A stretch of 60,032 bases of DNA from Lysobacterales bacterium (GTDB lineage: Bacteria; Pseudomonadota; Gammaproteobacteria; Xanthomonadales; SZUA-5), in assembly GCA_022844165.1 (NCBI GenBank), contig JALHMH010000028.1, positions 1 to 60,032 of the forward strand. The letters are read 5' to 3'. The translations under genes were made by a program, and so were the position numbers. How positions within the stretch are numbered: position 1 is the first letter of the stretch; the number at the start of each line of letters is the position of its first letter. Below are positions 36,569 to 49,654 of this stretch, piece after piece. The notes under the pieces were generated by a model. It saw only the letters and a list, made by a program, of their open reading frames with translations. It had not been told where the DNA came from and did not search any database.

Positions 36569-38550
36569 CTGCGCGGCGTTCTTGCCAGTCCGGCAAATCT
36601 TCGCAGCGCCTCGTCCAGCGATACCAGTGCCGCGGCGTCGTCCGCATAACGCGCCGCTGCGTAGCTGCGGCTCACGTCGAGTATGGCGTCGCGCAACGAT
36701 GGCAGCTGTTGCGCCGCCCGTTCCGCATAGTCGAGCGGCCCCTCGGAGGGTCTGGCGGCAACGCCGAGTTTAGCCAAACGTCGCTGAAACGATCGATAGC
36801 GAGCCAGCGCCGGATCGATCGGCATACGACGCCGGGCGAACATCCAAATGCTCATGGCCAAGCCAAACACGGCGATACCACCCGCCATCCAGAGTCCGAG
36901 CTGACGCCAATCGCTCGAATCGATACCCAGATCGGAAAAGAATTCACGCTGGCGCATGGTATCGAAGCGCACCACCATGGCGTTGAACCAATGCTGCAGT
37001 GCATCGGTGCGCATGCGAATCGCCTGCCACCAGGGATCGCGCGCAAAAAAGGAGTCGTCGTCGTAACGGCCACTGCCTAAAGAGATGCGATCCGGCGCCA
37101 CCGCTGCGGTTGGATCGATGCGGGTCCAAAGCCCATCGTCGCTCAGTAACACTTCAGCCCAGGCGTGTGCATCGCGATTGCGCACCAGATAGTAGTCGCT
37201 ACTGCGATTCCGCTCGGCGCCCATATAACCGGTGACCACGCGCGCGGGCACGCCAGCCGCGCGCATCAGCACCACAAACGCTTGCGCGTAGTGTTCGCAG
37301 AACCCGCTGCGCGTTTCGAACAGGAACTCGTCGACGCGATGGCGGCCGACCAGGCGCGGCGGCGTCAGGGTGTAAGAGAAATTCTCGATGCGAAAATGCT
37401 GCAATGCCCGGTCGACGATCTCTCGCCGGTCGACAGCTTCGGCGGCCCAACGCTGGCCTAACGCAATGCTCTGTGGATTGAAGTTTTCTGGCAGCCGCAG
37501 CGTCTCTCTGCGATACATGTACGGCGCCGGTCCTTGCGCCAACGAGGCACCGAGGTCGGACGCAGCGCGGTACACCCAAACGGTGGTTGTTCGCGTAGCG
37601 CGCAGCAGGTGCCCTTCGACTTGTTGTTTAACGTCCGCTGGAAATCCAGTCGCCACGTCGAGTGCAAACACCCAGTTTCGATCGGTCGGCTCGAGCATTA
37701 CTTCATAGGCCAGATCGGATTGCCCGCCGAACTGCGGGCCTGCAATCTCCCCAAGATGCGTCGCGCCGCGCCAGGCGCGTCGGCGCCAGGTTTCGCCATC
37801 GAAATTGACCAACACCGGACCGCGCCAGTACATCTCCGATGTCGCTGGCGGCGCGCTGTCGAAGGTGACGCGCATGACCGGCGAGTCGTCGGCGAGCAAC
37901 TCCGTGATCGACCCCGGACGCATTTCGTCGCTCAGTCCGGTTTTGGCCTCCCAGGGGTTATCGCGTGTGCCCCATAGCGGACTCTCGAAACGCGGCACAG
38001 AGAGAAACAGAAAGACCGTGAGCGGCAGAGCGATGGCCAACAACACGACCACTTCCTTGCCAACCCGCATGAACTCGCCAGCAATGCCACCGGACGTTCC
38101 CGGTGGCGCGACCAGCTCGTTCATCGCGACAAAAACCAGGATCGTCGGGATCAGCATGTAGACCGTGACCAGCAGGCTCTGATCGAACAAAAACTGCACG
38201 CTGTTCAAAAACAGGCACACGAGCAAGGCGCGCAATCCATCGCCCTGATTTTCCGACTCGATCAGCTTGAGCACGGTCAACCCGATCAAGGCCGCTGATC
38301 CGGCCTGGCGTGCCAACGGATTGCCAAACTCCGCAACCACAAAGACCAGAACTGCAATCAACAGCGGAAACTTGATCCAACCCGGCCATGCGCGCACGTA
38401 GCGTCGGCGCTGCACATAACGCAACACCAGAATCGACCCGAGCATCAGGCCGTACATCAACGGCAGCCACATCAGATGCGGCGCCAGCGTCGCGCTAAAG
38501 GCGATCAGCAGCCAGTCGAACTGGCGCGGGCTAAGAACCGGCGAGCGCAT
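36565..38550 (-). CDS. tgpA: Transglutaminase-like membrane protein (DUF3488 + TGase + DUF4129)
   Basis: MYWRGPVL, GFCEHYA, PARVVTGY, AHAWAEV and WTRIDPT motifs. Confidence 0.9.
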   Translation of the reverse strand: MRSPVLSPRQFDWLLIAFSATLAPHLMWLPLMYGLMLGSILVLRYVQRRRYVRAWPGWIKFPLLIAVLVFVVAEFGNPLARQAGSAALIGLTVLKLIESENQGDGLRALLVCLFLNSVQFLFDQSLLVTVYMLIPTILVFVAMNELVAPPGTSGGIAGEFMRVGKEVVVLLAIALPLTVFLFLSVPRFESPLWGTRDNPWEAKTGLSDEMRPGSITELLADDSPVMRVTFDSAPPATSEMYWRGPVLVNFDGETWRRRAWRGATHLGEIAGPQFGGQSDLAYEVMLEPTDRNWVFALDVATGFPADVKQQVEGHLLRATRTTTVWVYRAASDLGASLAQGPAPYMYRRETLRLPENFNPQSIALGQRWAAEAVDRREIVDRALQHFRIENFSYTLTPPRLVGRHRVDEFLFETRSGFCEHYAQAFVVLMRAAGVPARVVTGYMGAERNRSSDYYLVRNRDAHAWAEVLLSDDGLWTRIDPTAAVAPDRISLGSGRYDDDSFFARDPWWQAIRMRTDALQHWFNAMVVRFDTMRQREFFSDLGIDSSDWRQLGLWMAGGIAVFGLAMSIWMFARRRMPIDPALARYRSFQRRLAKLGVAARPSEGPLDYAERAAQQLPSLRDAILDVSRSYAAARYADDAAALVSLDEALRRFAGLARTPRS

Positions 38551-39514
38551 ATTGAGCGAGTGCCTTCAGGCAACGTAGTCGATGCGTATGGCCTTGATCA
38601 GGGCCAATTTTTTGGCCCGGCAGGTCCAACCGATAGCGCAACCCCGTTCGGTCGGCATCCAGCACCCAACGTGTCAGGCGCGACAGCTTGCGTTCCAAAT
38701 CGAGGCCGATGATCGCGTCGAAATCGAGAATGGTCTCTTTCGCGCGCGGCACTTCCAACTGCCTCACCAAGAGCTCGCCGGTTCGGGCACTGGCTTTCCA
38801 GGCGATCATGCGCGGCGAGTCGCCGGCGGCGTAATCGCGCAGGCTACGCAAGTCATCGTCTCCCGGATCGGTGCCGCCGAGTTTTCCCGCATCCGGCACT
38901 GCCGGCAGCGGCGCTGCGGGCGACTCTGGCCGCGGGTAAACCAAAGTTCGCGCCTGGGAATGCAAATAGCTCCAGGCAAAAAATAGCCCGAATGGCCACA
39001 CGGTGGAGATCCGGAGCGGCGCCGGACTCAACCAGCCGCGCGCGAGGGCCGGCACCGGCACGTCCAGGCGGCGGGTCTCGCCACTGCGTACGTCGATGTG
39101 TCGGTATGTGTCGAGATAACGCCCGGTAATGCCAAAACGTGTGCGACCATCCGCCGCGTTGAAGTGAAATGAGAACAGCGCACTTTCGCCACAGAACACC
39201 GGATCGGCGTGCACTTGCACGAGTTGCAGCTGATTCAAGTTGCGGAAGGTCTGGTGCATCGAAACCACGGCAAGGCTCACGGGCAACAGACCAAACAACA
39301 AGGCACCGTTGTTGTTGTAGTTGAGCGCACCGGCAAGGATCGCAAATAGCATGACGGCAAACATCAGTCCGAATCCGCTCGGTACGATGTAGATGCGCCG
39401 CTGGTTAAGCGCGATCGGCAGCGCTTCGAAGCGATGGCGGCGCGTCAGGTTCGGTAAGCGCCGATCGACTTGCTGCCAGAACGCCGCCCGGGCGCGTCGC
39501 AACGCCGCGCTCAT
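38531..39514 (-). CDS. DUF58-domain protein
   Basis: PFGLF, LVYPRP and LRDYAAGDSPRMIAWKASAR motifs. Confidence 0.9.
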   Translation of the reverse strand: MSAALRRARAAFWQQVDRRLPNLTRRHRFEALPIALNQRRIYIVPSGFGLMFAVMLFAILAGALNYNNNGALLFGLLPVSLAVVSMHQTFRNLNQLQLVQVHADPVFCGESALFSFHFNAADGRTRFGITGRYLDTYRHIDVRSGETRRLDVPVPALARGWLSPAPLRISTVWPFGLFFAWSYLHSQARTLVYPRPESPAAPLPAVPDAGKLGGTDPGDDDLRSLRDYAAGDSPRMIAWKASARTGELLVRQLEVPRAKETILDFDAIIGLDLERKLSRLTRWVLDADRTGLRYRLDLPGQKIGPDQGHTHRLRCLKALAQYALAGS

Positions 39515-40440
39515 GGAATCGGCACGTGCGCCAACAGATCGCGCGAGATGCTCGCACCATCGCCGCTGGCGTCGGCGGCAAGCACGAGCCGATGTCGAGC
39601 AACGGCCACGAACACCGCTTGCAGATCTTCGGGCAGAACGTGCGTACGCGCTGCGAGCAGCGCATGCGCCTTGGCGGCGCGCAGCAAACCGATGCCAGCG
39701 CGCGGCGACAACCCGATGCGCACACGCTTGTCGCTGCGCGTGCTGCTGATCAGCGCGTAGGCGTATTCGATCGCGGCGGCGCTGGCGTGCAAATTTTCGG
39801 CCTTGCCACGCAGCGCCATGAGTTGTTCGGCCGAGAGTTTGGGTTTCAACTCGGCGATCGCCTGGCGTCGCTCGCGCGCGCCCAACAGCATCTTTTCCGC
39901 CGTCGCATCTGGATAACCCAGACTCATGGACAACAAGAAGCGATCGAGTTGCGACTCGGGCAACGCAAACGTACCACTCTGCTCAATCGGGTTCTGCGTG
40001 GCGATCACGATGAACGGCTTGGGCAGCGTATGGCTGACACCATCGACAGTCACCTGGCCTTCGGCCATCGCTTCCAGGAGCGCAGACTGTAGTTTCGGCG
40101 TGCCGCGATTGATTTCGTCGGCCAACAGCAGTTGTGTGAAGATCGGCCCGCTGTGAAAATCGAAGCGCCGTGCATTGGGGTCGAACACCGACACACCGAC
40201 CAGATCTGCCGGCAGCAGATCACTGGTAAATTGCACGCGCCCGAAGCCCAGATCCAGCGAAGCGGCCAAAGCGTGCGCCAAGGTGGTTTTGCCGACGCCG
40301 GGCAAATCCTCCAGCAACAGATGCCCGCCGGCCAGAACCGACACTAACGACAGATGCACTTCAGCAAGTTTGCCGACCAGGATCTCATTGATCTGATCGC
40401 GTGCCGCAAGCAGCGGCTTCAGGTCATCGGCTGCAGACAT
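39511..40440 (-). CDS. MoxR-family AAA+ ATPase
   Basis: EDLPGVGKT, QFTSDLLPAD, ADEINR, ATQNP and LPESQLDRF motifs. Confidence 0.95.
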   Translation of the reverse strand: MSAADDLKPLLAARDQINEILVGKLAEVHLSLVSVLAGGHLLLEDLPGVGKTTLAHALAASLDLGFGRVQFTSDLLPADLVGVSVFDPNARRFDFHSGPIFTQLLLADEINRGTPKLQSALLEAMAEGQVTVDGVSHTLPKPFIVIATQNPIEQSGTFALPESQLDRFLLSMSLGYPDATAEKMLLGARERRQAIAELKPKLSAEQLMALRGKAENLHASAAAIEYAYALISSTRSDKRVRIGLSPRAGIGLLRAAKAHALLAARTHVLPEDLQAVFVAVARHRLVLAADASGDGASISRDLLAHVPIP

Positions 40441-40573
40441 AAGGCTCTTTGTTTGCCCAGGTAGTGAATGGTGAATAGGGAAACGTGAATCCGATGGCAA
40501 GCGCTGTTTTTGTCGCGATGCGCAATCGAAGGTGGCCACGATAGTATTGATCAGCCGCATTGGAGCCGAAGAC

Positions 40574-41338
40574 ATGAAGCGCAGCCAATACAAGTGGACC
40601 TTGCCCAGCGAGATCTCGGCCCGTCTTGGCAGCGAGAGCTGGGGCGCGCAGCGCGCCATCTTCGAAGCCGGACACCTGCTGTTGATCTTGCACTTACCAC
40701 CCAAGCCCGACGGCAATGCTCGCGAACATGAGGTTTTTCTCCGGCAGCCAGATGGAAAGTGGCTGTACAAAGGTGTCGATCGTGGCGAGCACGCGCTGAG
40801 CGGGTTTCTCGACAATTATCGAGCGCTATTTGAGCAAATGGAGTCGCGCTTCGAGAAGGCGACCAGTATCGACGCGCTATTCGCCGTCATCGACAACCTG
40901 ATTCCGATCACGCGATCGTCGGGCAACATGAAGTTGGCCCTGCAGGCAGCTCGCGAGGCGATCGGTAACGACGCCTTCATCATCGACATGCGCGACCGCG
41001 CGGTCGAGATTGCGCGTGGGTTCGAGCTACTGCTGGCCGATGCGCGCCTGGCACTCGAGTTCCGCGTAGCGCGCAGTGCCGAAGAGCAAACGCGCGCCGC
41101 GGAAATCGGCAACCGGGCGCAACACAAACTCAACCTGCTCGCTGCCATTGCATTTCCGCTCATGAGCGTGTCCGCCGTGTTCGGCATGAACCTGCGCAGT
41201 GGCCTGGAAGATCTGCATATCATCACGTTCTGGTTGGTGTTCTTAGGCGGCGTTGGCCTGGGCCTATACGTCAAGGGCTGGGTGGCGCCACCACCGCCAG
41301 CCAAAGGCGGCAAACAACCGCCGGGCAAGAAGCCCTGA
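40574..41338 (+). CDS. Hypothetical protein with CorA-like C-terminus
   Basis: KLNLLAAIAFPL..VFGMNL followed by a second TM helix. Confidence 0.7.
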   Translation: MKRSQYKWTLPSEISARLGSESWGAQRAIFEAGHLLLILHLPPKPDGNAREHEVFLRQPDGKWLYKGVDRGEHALSGFLDNYRALFEQMESRFEKATSIDALFAVIDNLIPITRSSGNMKLALQAAREAIGNDAFIIDMRDRAVEIARGFELLLADARLALEFRVARSAEEQTRAAEIGNRAQHKLNLLAAIAFPLMSVSAVFGMNLRSGLEDLHIITFWLVFLGGVGLGLYVKGWVAPPPPAKGGKQPPGKKP

Positions 41339-41350
41339 CCAAGGATTGCC

Positions 41351-42694
41351 TCAAAGACTCAACGCCGATTCGATGACCTGCCCCAACTCGATCAACGCCA
41401 GATCGCTGCCGGGCGCGCCGATTAACTGCATGCCCGCAGGCAGACCATCGACAAAGCCCATCGGCAGGCTCAGCGCGGGCAGGCCGGCGAAGTTTGCGAA
41501 CGAGGTGAGATCGGCCTGATTGACGGGCGTCGCCGTCGAGAAGGGAAACGCAACCTGGGGCGTCGTCGGCGTGATCAGCACATCGACTTGTTGGAAGATC
41601 GACCGCGCGCGTAGCACTGCGGTATCCAACAACCGATCGGCGGCGAGCAGATCGACCGCTGAGCGGCTGCGCGCGAATGCGAGCATCTCGCGCAAGCCCG
41701 GCGAAAATCGTTCGGGCTGTTGCGCCAATGCTTGCGCGTGGACCACGTTCATTTCCGCCTCCGCCAGTAGCAGTCCGGCACGGCGCAGGCGACCAAAATC
41801 GAGGCCGTCGAATCGTATATCGACGCAGCTTGGGAAGCAGTCTGCCAACAACGTCAGTGCTTGCTCGAAGGCAACGGCGACGCCCGTATCGACACCGTGC
41901 GATTCGAGATCGACCATAATGCCGACACGCAACGCGGTGCCCGGCGTCAAGTGCCCGAGCGGCACCGAACGCGATTGAGGATCTTGCACATCGAGACTCG
42001 AAAGTTGCTGATAGATCAACCCAAGATCCCGCACGCAACGGGCCATCGGGCCGACGTGGTCCAGCCGTCGAGAGACCGTGTCCAGGCCGCGCTGCGAGAT
42101 CCGTCCCGGGCTCGGTTTCAGGCCGACCACGCCGCAATAGGCTGCAGGGATGCGTACCGAACCCATAGTGTCGGTACCAAGCGTGAGCGTCGCCATGCAC
42201 GCGGCAAGCGCCGCGGCCGAGCCGCCACTCGAACCGCCCGGCGAAAATCCGTGCCGATGTGGGTTGTGACACGGACCATAGTGCGGATTGTCGCTGCTGG
42301 CACCCAGCGCTGCTTCGTGCAAATGCAGTTTGCCTAGAATGACGGCGCCGGATTTTTTGAGCCGAGTGACACAATGAGCGTCGGACCCGGCGACTCGCTC
42401 AGCGTAAGCGGCCATGCCGGCGGTCCACGGCAAACCTGCCACCGCGATGTTGTCTTTGATCGCGACCGGGATGCCATCCAGCGGATGAAATGCGTGGCCT
42501 CCAGCGCGCCGGGCGTCGCTGGCGCGCGCATCCGCGATCGCCGATTCGCGGGCGACATGAAGATAAGCATTGATGCGTGGATTGACCGACTCGATGCGTG
42601 CCAACGTTGCGCGCGTCAACTCCTCACTGGAAAAGTCGCCGCGCAGCAAACCTTCGGCGGCGGCATGTGCGCAAAGTTCGGTCAGATCATTCAC
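41351..42694 (-). CDS. Amidase signature family protein
   Basis: GIPVAIKDN, PGGSSGGS and GTDTMGSVRIPA motifs. Confidence 0.93.
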   Translation of the reverse strand: MNDLTELCAHAAAEGLLRGDFSSEELTRATLARIESVNPRINAYLHVARESAIADARASDARRAGGHAFHPLDGIPVAIKDNIAVAGLPWTAGMAAYAERVAGSDAHCVTRLKKSGAVILGKLHLHEAALGASSDNPHYGPCHNPHRHGFSPGGSSGGSAAALAACMATLTLGTDTMGSVRIPAAYCGVVGLKPSPGRISQRGLDTVSRRLDHVGPMARCVRDLGLIYQQLSSLDVQDPQSRSVPLGHLTPGTALRVGIMVDLESHGVDTGVAVAFEQALTLLADCFPSCVDIRFDGLDFGRLRRAGLLLAEAEMNVVHAQALAQQPERFSPGLREMLAFARSRSAVDLLAADRLLDTAVLRARSIFQQVDVLITPTTPQVAFPFSTATPVNQADLTSFANFAGLPALSLPMGFVDGLPAGMQLIGAPGSDLALIELGQVIESALSL

Positions 42695-44661
42695 GGCTGC
42701 AGCAACAGATGCTCGTCGAAGAACTGAATGACCGCTTCACCCATGCGGTCGCGATTGGCCTTTTTCTTGAAACCGTGCCCTTCATCGAGCGCCAGCAAAT
42801 ACCAGGCTTTCGTGCCGTTTTCGCGCACGGCTTTGAGGATTTGTTCGGACTCCGATTGTGGAACGCGAGGGTCGTTGGCACCTTGAATGACAAATAACGG
42901 GGAGCGGATTTCACCGGCGCGAGCGAGCGGCGAAATGTCTTCCAGGAACCTCGCCATGTCCGGATCGCGTTCATCGCCGTACTCGGGCCGACGCTGATCG
43001 ACGCGATAGGGATTGGTGTTTTTCAGGAAGGTCACAAAGTTGCTGATGCCAACAATGCTGACGCCAGCACGTATCTGATCGGCGAAATGCACCATCGAGG
43101 CAAGCACCATGTAACCGCCATAACTGCCGCCGTATACCGAGATTCGATTCGCATCGAACTCAGGTTTGGTCTTGATCCAACCGATCAGCGAGCCGATGTC
43201 TTTGACCGAGTCCTCTCGCAACTTGCCGTTGTCCAGCGCCAGGTAGGTTTTGCCATATCCCGACGAACCGCGCACATTCGGCACCATCACGGCAATGTTT
43301 CGCTCGCGTACCAGGAACTGAATGAACTCGCTGAACTCGGGGCGGCTTTGGCCCTCCGGCCCGCCGTGGATGATGATGACCACGGGATGCGGGCCCGGTG
43401 CCGTTGGGCGATACACGTAAAACGGAATCTGCCGCGGCAGGCCGAACATCGCCGGGTCCACATCGTGCGCGCCAAAGCGCTGCAACTCCGGCATTGCAAA
43501 AGTAGCAGGGTCGATGCCACCCGTCTCGCCTCGCGTCCAACGTGTCAACGTACCTGAATTGACGCGCCTGGAAAACACGTCGCCGGGCACCTGCGGGCCC
43601 GCCATTGTCAGACCGATTTCTGTACCGGCCCAGTTGAAATGGACTCCGCGCATCACACCGTAGTCGAGCTCCATTTCGCTGACGACGGTGTCGTTTGCCT
43701 GGCGATCGTAGATCTTCAACCTGCTACTGCCATCGACATTGCGCGCTATCGCCAGGAATCGTCCGTCGGCGCTCAAATCGTACTCGTCGACATCCCATTT
43801 TTCGCCGGCAAAAAGCGGTACCACGACGCCGTCCGCCATTGCCACGCGCACCAGTGAGACGTATTCGCCGAGCACATCGGTGAGTGCATAAATGTGATTG
43901 CCGTCGACATCGAAACGCGCCGACGTGTCGGCACTGCCGCCCCGGCCCAGCTCGATACGGTTGATGGCACCGGAGCCGATATCGAGCACGAACAATCGCG
44001 AGTCGCTGATGGAGATCCACTGCATGACCAGCAGTTTTTGGCCATCCGGCGAAAAGTCGAGCGGGTACCAGGTACCGCCTTGCTGCAGCACAAGTCGATG
44101 CGCCTCATCGCTTGCGACATCGCCCACATAGATGTCGAAATCGCGACCCGTCCGGCGCGTGCTTGAATAGGCGAACCGCCGACCATCGCGCGCGAAAACG
44201 GGCCGCTCGTTTCGCGAACTGCCATCGGTCAAAAGGCGCGAGCTGCCGTCGGCGAAACTCAAGAAATGGAGTTGAAAGTACTCGTCGCCGCCGCGGTCTT
44301 TGCTGAAGATCGCGCCGTCGATCGCGGGATCGGGACTGACGACGGCATTCGCAATCGGCTCATCGAAAAATGTCAGTTGCGAACGCATGCCCTCTGGCGC
44401 GGTGATCGCCGCCAATTGCGCAACATCGCCAAAACGAACACTCGCCAGAACGCCGCGGTCGCCCGGCAGCCAACCTAAAAACTGGGCAGGCCGCGTGTTT
44501 TGGTAGCGGCGTAGTACCGCGCCCAGTGCCGGGTCTGCTGTCGGCACCGCATCGAGTCTCAGATTGCCTACGGCTTCGATGCCGGGCGACGGCTCGCGTG
44601 CCACAGGCCGCGTCGCACAGGCAGATAAAAACGCCAGAACACATAGCAGCAGGAGTCGCAT
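42691..44661 (-). CDS. S9 family peptidase (lipoprotein)
   Basis: Lipobox LSAC; [22 protein letters not shown] and DEGHGF motifs. Confidence 0.93.
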   Translation of the reverse strand: MRLLLLCVLAFLSACATRPVAREPSPGIEAVGNLRLDAVPTADPALGAVLRRYQNTRPAQFLGWLPGDRGVLASVRFGDVAQLAAITAPEGMRSQLTFFDEPIANAVVSPDPAIDGAIFSKDRGGDEYFQLHFLSFADGSSRLLTDGSSRNERPVFARDGRRFAYSSTRRTGRDFDIYVGDVASDEAHRLVLQQGGTWYPLDFSPDGQKLLVMQWISISDSRLFVLDIGSGAINRIELGRGGSADTSARFDVDGNHIYALTDVLGEYVSLVRVAMADGVVVPLFAGEKWDVDEYDLSADGRFLAIARNVDGSSRLKIYDRQANDTVVSEMELDYGVMRGVHFNWAGTEIGLTMAGPQVPGDVFSRRVNSGTLTRWTRGETGGIDPATFAMPELQRFGAHDVDPAMFGLPRQIPFYVYRPTAPGPHPVVIIIHGGPEGQSRPEFSEFIQFLVRERNIAVMVPNVRGSSGYGKTYLALDNGKLREDSVKDIGSLIGWIKTKPEFDANRISVYGGSYGGYMVLASMVHFADQIRAGVSIVGISNFVTFLKNTNPYRVDQRRPEYGDERDPDMARFLEDISPLARAGEIRSPLFVIQGANDPRVPQSESEQILKAVRENGTKAWYLLALDEGHGFKKKANRDRMGEAVIQFFDEHLLLQP

Positions 44662-44790
44662 GGGCGGATCATCAGAAGCGATCAGATCCTTGAGTATGCC
44701 GCGATCCACCGGGCCGATGGTCGAAACGTCCGACATCTCGTAGCATCCCTACTCACTCACACGAACTTTTCGCGACTTAAGGAGCTGTCC

Positions 44791-45270
44791 ATGCTGCGCA
44801 AATGGTTGCTGTGCGCGTTACTCGGTTTATCGGTGCTGTCCTTGGCCGCTTGTCAGCAGGAAGCGCCGAAAACCGAAAGCCTGATTGTGATGCCAACCAA
44901 TCCCGGCGACACCGAAGGCTGGAAGAAGTATGTGTCGGCGGTGGTCAAGTCCTATGTGCCGGCTGGACAGAACGCGCGTTTTTTCGTCACTTTCGCCGAA
45001 GCCAACCAGGATGCTGAGAAAACCGCCCGCCTGGTGGAAAACACGCGGAACTTTCTGCTGCGGGGTGTTGCTGAGGGCACGCTTTTGCCATTCGCCTCGC
45101 CGGACTCGGCGCTGATGGCCGACATCGTGGAAAAGGCCTTTGCCGAACCGCAGGTCGATAAACTCAAGGGCTCGAAGGTTTTGTTCATTGGCAAATCCGA
45201 AGATCAAGAGCGTGTTCGCACGGCCGTGACGGCATGGGGTGCAGAATTCGTGTTTCACGAAGCCAGGTAA
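44791..45270 (+). CDS. Hypothetical lipoprotein
   Basis: AAGGAG RBS; lipobox LAAC. Confidence 0.8.
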   Translation: MLRKWLLCALLGLSVLSLAACQQEAPKTESLIVMPTNPGDTEGWKKYVSAVVKSYVPAGQNARFFVTFAEANQDAEKTARLVENTRNFLLRGVAEGTLLPFASPDSALMADIVEKAFAEPQVDKLKGSKVLFIGKSEDQERVRTAVTAWGAEFVFHEAR

Positions 45271-45349
45271 GCTGGGTGTTTTGCTCACGTCGATTGTCGG
45301 GCCGCCGTCCCGACTGATTTTGCTGGCGCGGAACTTCGGCGTTGACTGA

Positions 45350-47310
<1,961 letters not shown>

Positions 47311-47324
47311 GCGTGCTCAGCCCG

Positions 47325-47963
47325 ATGCCCACCCTACGCTTGATCATCGCCGACGACCACCCGTTGTTGCGTGCCGCTGTGCTTCATGCGCTATCAGCGG
47401 CCTTGCCTAAGGCTGAATTCGTCGAAGCGTCCAGCGTAGCAACGCTGGACGCCGCGCTCGCCCGTCACATGGATGTCGATCTGGTCTTGTTGGATCTGAG
47501 CATGCCCGGCGCGCACGGTTTTTCGGCCTTGTTGCATGTGCGTGGCGAACGCCCTGAAGTGCCGGTCATTGTGATCACATCGAACGAACATCCGCGCGTC
47601 GTGCGCCGATCGCAGCAGTTTGGCGCGGCGGGCTTCATTCCAAAATCGGCGCCGCCCGACACGCTGTGCACGGCGGTAAGTACGGTGCTGGATGGCGGCG
47701 TCTGGTTCCCGCCACTGACCGCGGCCCGATCCGATGCAGACGACAAATTGGCCCGCAGGCTGGCGCAGCTCACGCCACAACAGTTTCGCGTGCTGCTATG
47801 CATGGCCGACGGCCTGCTCAACAAACAGATCGCTGATCGCTTAGGGTTAGCCGGCAACACCGTCAAGGTTCATATCACAGCGATCTTGAAGAAGCTCGAG
47901 TGCTACAGCCGAACACAGGCTGCCGTACTGGTCAAAGCCCTGGAGCCAGATCGCGAATCCTGA
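47325..47963 (+). CDS. NarL/LuxR-family response regulator
   Basis: ADDHP and LLDLSMP receiver motifs; LTPQQ..GLLNKQIA..TVKVH HTH. Confidence 0.93.
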   Translation: MPTLRLIIADDHPLLRAAVLHALSAALPKAEFVEASSVATLDAALARHMDVDLVLLDLSMPGAHGFSALLHVRGERPEVPVIVITSNEHPRVVRRSQQFGAAGFIPKSAPPDTLCTAVSTVLDGGVWFPPLTAARSDADDKLARRLAQLTPQQFRVLLCMADGLLNKQIADRLGLAGNTVKVHITAILKKLECYSRTQAAVLVKALEPDRES

Positions 47964-48051
47964 GTGCGCAAACCACGTTCTGCCAAGCCAATAGTCTGCC
48001 CGTATGCGCACGTAGCGCGCCGGAGGATTATGCCGACCGTCGCAAGTGCGA

Positions 48052-48951
48052 TCACATCAGCCAATTGGCCAACACAAACTGGATCGCCCGATACGGCACA
48101 GTATTGATCAGCAGCAATCCGATCATCCAGAGCAGCGCTACGAACACCGCCTCCCACCAGCGTAACGCGAAGATGCGCCAGAAGGCGCGAGACAAGTAAA
48201 TGCACGCCAGAATGGGCATGCCCAGACCAATCGAGGTCTGCACATAGCGCGTGGTGATTTCGAGCTTCAACGCCAGCCCTACCGCAATCATCAGTACCAT
48301 CATGAAAGCCATCAGATGCAGGCTGACCACAAAGTGTTCTGCGTAATAGCGGCGCTGCCGATACAAGACCATCGCCATCGCTGCAGCGAGCAACGGTACG
48401 TGCAGAATGATGAGCAGCTTACTGATGTTTGTCGAACTGGCTTCGTAACGATCGGCGTAATCGCGTACCGTGAACGCAGGATCGTGGGCCTGCAGCGCGG
48501 CGATGCGACGTTCGACCCACGGCGTGGTCCAGGGGCTATGCGCTTGCCCGGAATTGGATGCGATTCGCGCCTTGGCTTCTGCCGACAAATGAGCGGCGTT
48601 CGGGTGCGCCATGGCCGCCAACTCGCCGCCCACTTGATCGATAAACGGCAGATCGAAATCGGTCATTGGCGGGGCGAGAAAGAACAACAAGTTGACCAAC
48701 AAAAACAAGGCGATTGGCGACATGAATGTCTGCCGTCGTCCGCTCAGATGTTCCACCGACAACCAGCCCGGTTGCGTCAGCAGCGCGCGTACGCTGCGCC
48801 AGAAGCGGCTGTCGAGGCTGGTCAGCGCCTCGAAAAACTGGCCAAGCAAGTGCGCAAGTCGACGATCCGCATCGCTAAAGCGCTTTTGCCCACAGCTGTG
48901 GCAATAGACTCCCGCTAGCTCAGTTCCGCACTGTCGGCAGGTTTCCCGCAT
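48052..48951 (-). CDS. DUF3667-domain membrane protein
   Basis: CxxCG..YCHSCGQ zinc ribbon; PG..GRR..P..LFL; HFVVSLH. Confidence 0.85.
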   Translation of the reverse strand: MRETCRQCGTELAGVYCHSCGQKRFSDADRRLAHLLGQFFEALTSLDSRFWRSVRALLTQPGWLSVEHLSGRRQTFMSPIALFLLVNLLFFLAPPMTDFDLPFIDQVGGELAAMAHPNAAHLSAEAKARIASNSGQAHSPWTTPWVERRIAALQAHDPAFTVRDYADRYEASSTNISKLLIILHVPLLAAAMAMVLYRQRRYYAEHFVVSLHLMAFMMVLMIAVGLALKLEITTRYVQTSIGLGMPILACIYLSRAFWRIFALRWWEAVFVALLWMIGLLLINTVPYRAIQFVLANWLM

Positions 48952-49116
48952 GGGTCTGGACGCAAGCCAAATTCGTGATCGCAGAGTGCTCGATTGAACG
49001 TGGTCGAGTCAAATTTTCGTGCGATCGACCGAACGCCCGGCGGCGGCGCCAACGGGCTAAAAGCAACGTAGCATTCGAGTCGAAGGACGCGGACATAATT
49101 CCAATTGTTTCTGGGA

Positions 49117-49362
49117 CAAGAGTCCTTGACGGAGCGGGATCTGGACAAATGAGTCTGTTTCTTCGAAGCGGCTTTGGCACTTCAAGCCCCCTTGATCAAG
49201 GGGGGTGAGGACCGGCGCTTACACGCCGATCGGCGTGTGCCGATCCGAACGACCGGCGGCTTTGCCGCCGGGCCGGAAATGCGCGAAGCGCGCGGGGTTG
49301 CGGCAAGTCCGCTGCCGAGCGAAGCCGAGAATATTCGGCGGTCTGAGGCGAAGCCTCGCTAG
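49117..49362 (+). mobile_element. ~240-bp structured dispersed repeat, copy C
   Basis: CAAGAGTCCTTGACGGAGC...GAGGCGAAGCCTCGCTAG. Confidence 0.8.
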
Positions 49363-49391
49363 AATGCGCGATCCGACCGCAAGAGCCGCCC

Positions 49392-49628
49392 ATGGCACAA
49401 ACTGTCCCCGATCGCCTGTCCAACGATCCGCGCTCCAAGTTCCACGATGCAGCAGCGCTCGCACGCGGCATCGGGATTCGCATTAACGGTCACGAACGGA
49501 ACGATGTCGAGGAGTACTGCATCAGCGAAGGCTGGGTGCTGGTGCCGGCCGGCAGAGCCCTCGACCGTCGCGGACGCCCGATGACGATCAAGCTCAAGGG
49601 CACGGTCGAGGCGAGATTTCTCAGCTGA
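49392..49628 (+). CDS. DUF3297-family protein
   Basis: PDRLSNDPRS..GIR.NG.E..DVEEYCISEGW..KLKGTVE. Confidence 0.85.
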   Translation: MAQTVPDRLSNDPRSKFHDAAALARGIGIRINGHERNDVEEYCISEGWVLVPAGRALDRRGRPMTIKLKGTVEARFLS

Positions 49629-49654
49629 TTCGGCCCAGCCTTCCGGCGCCCTTC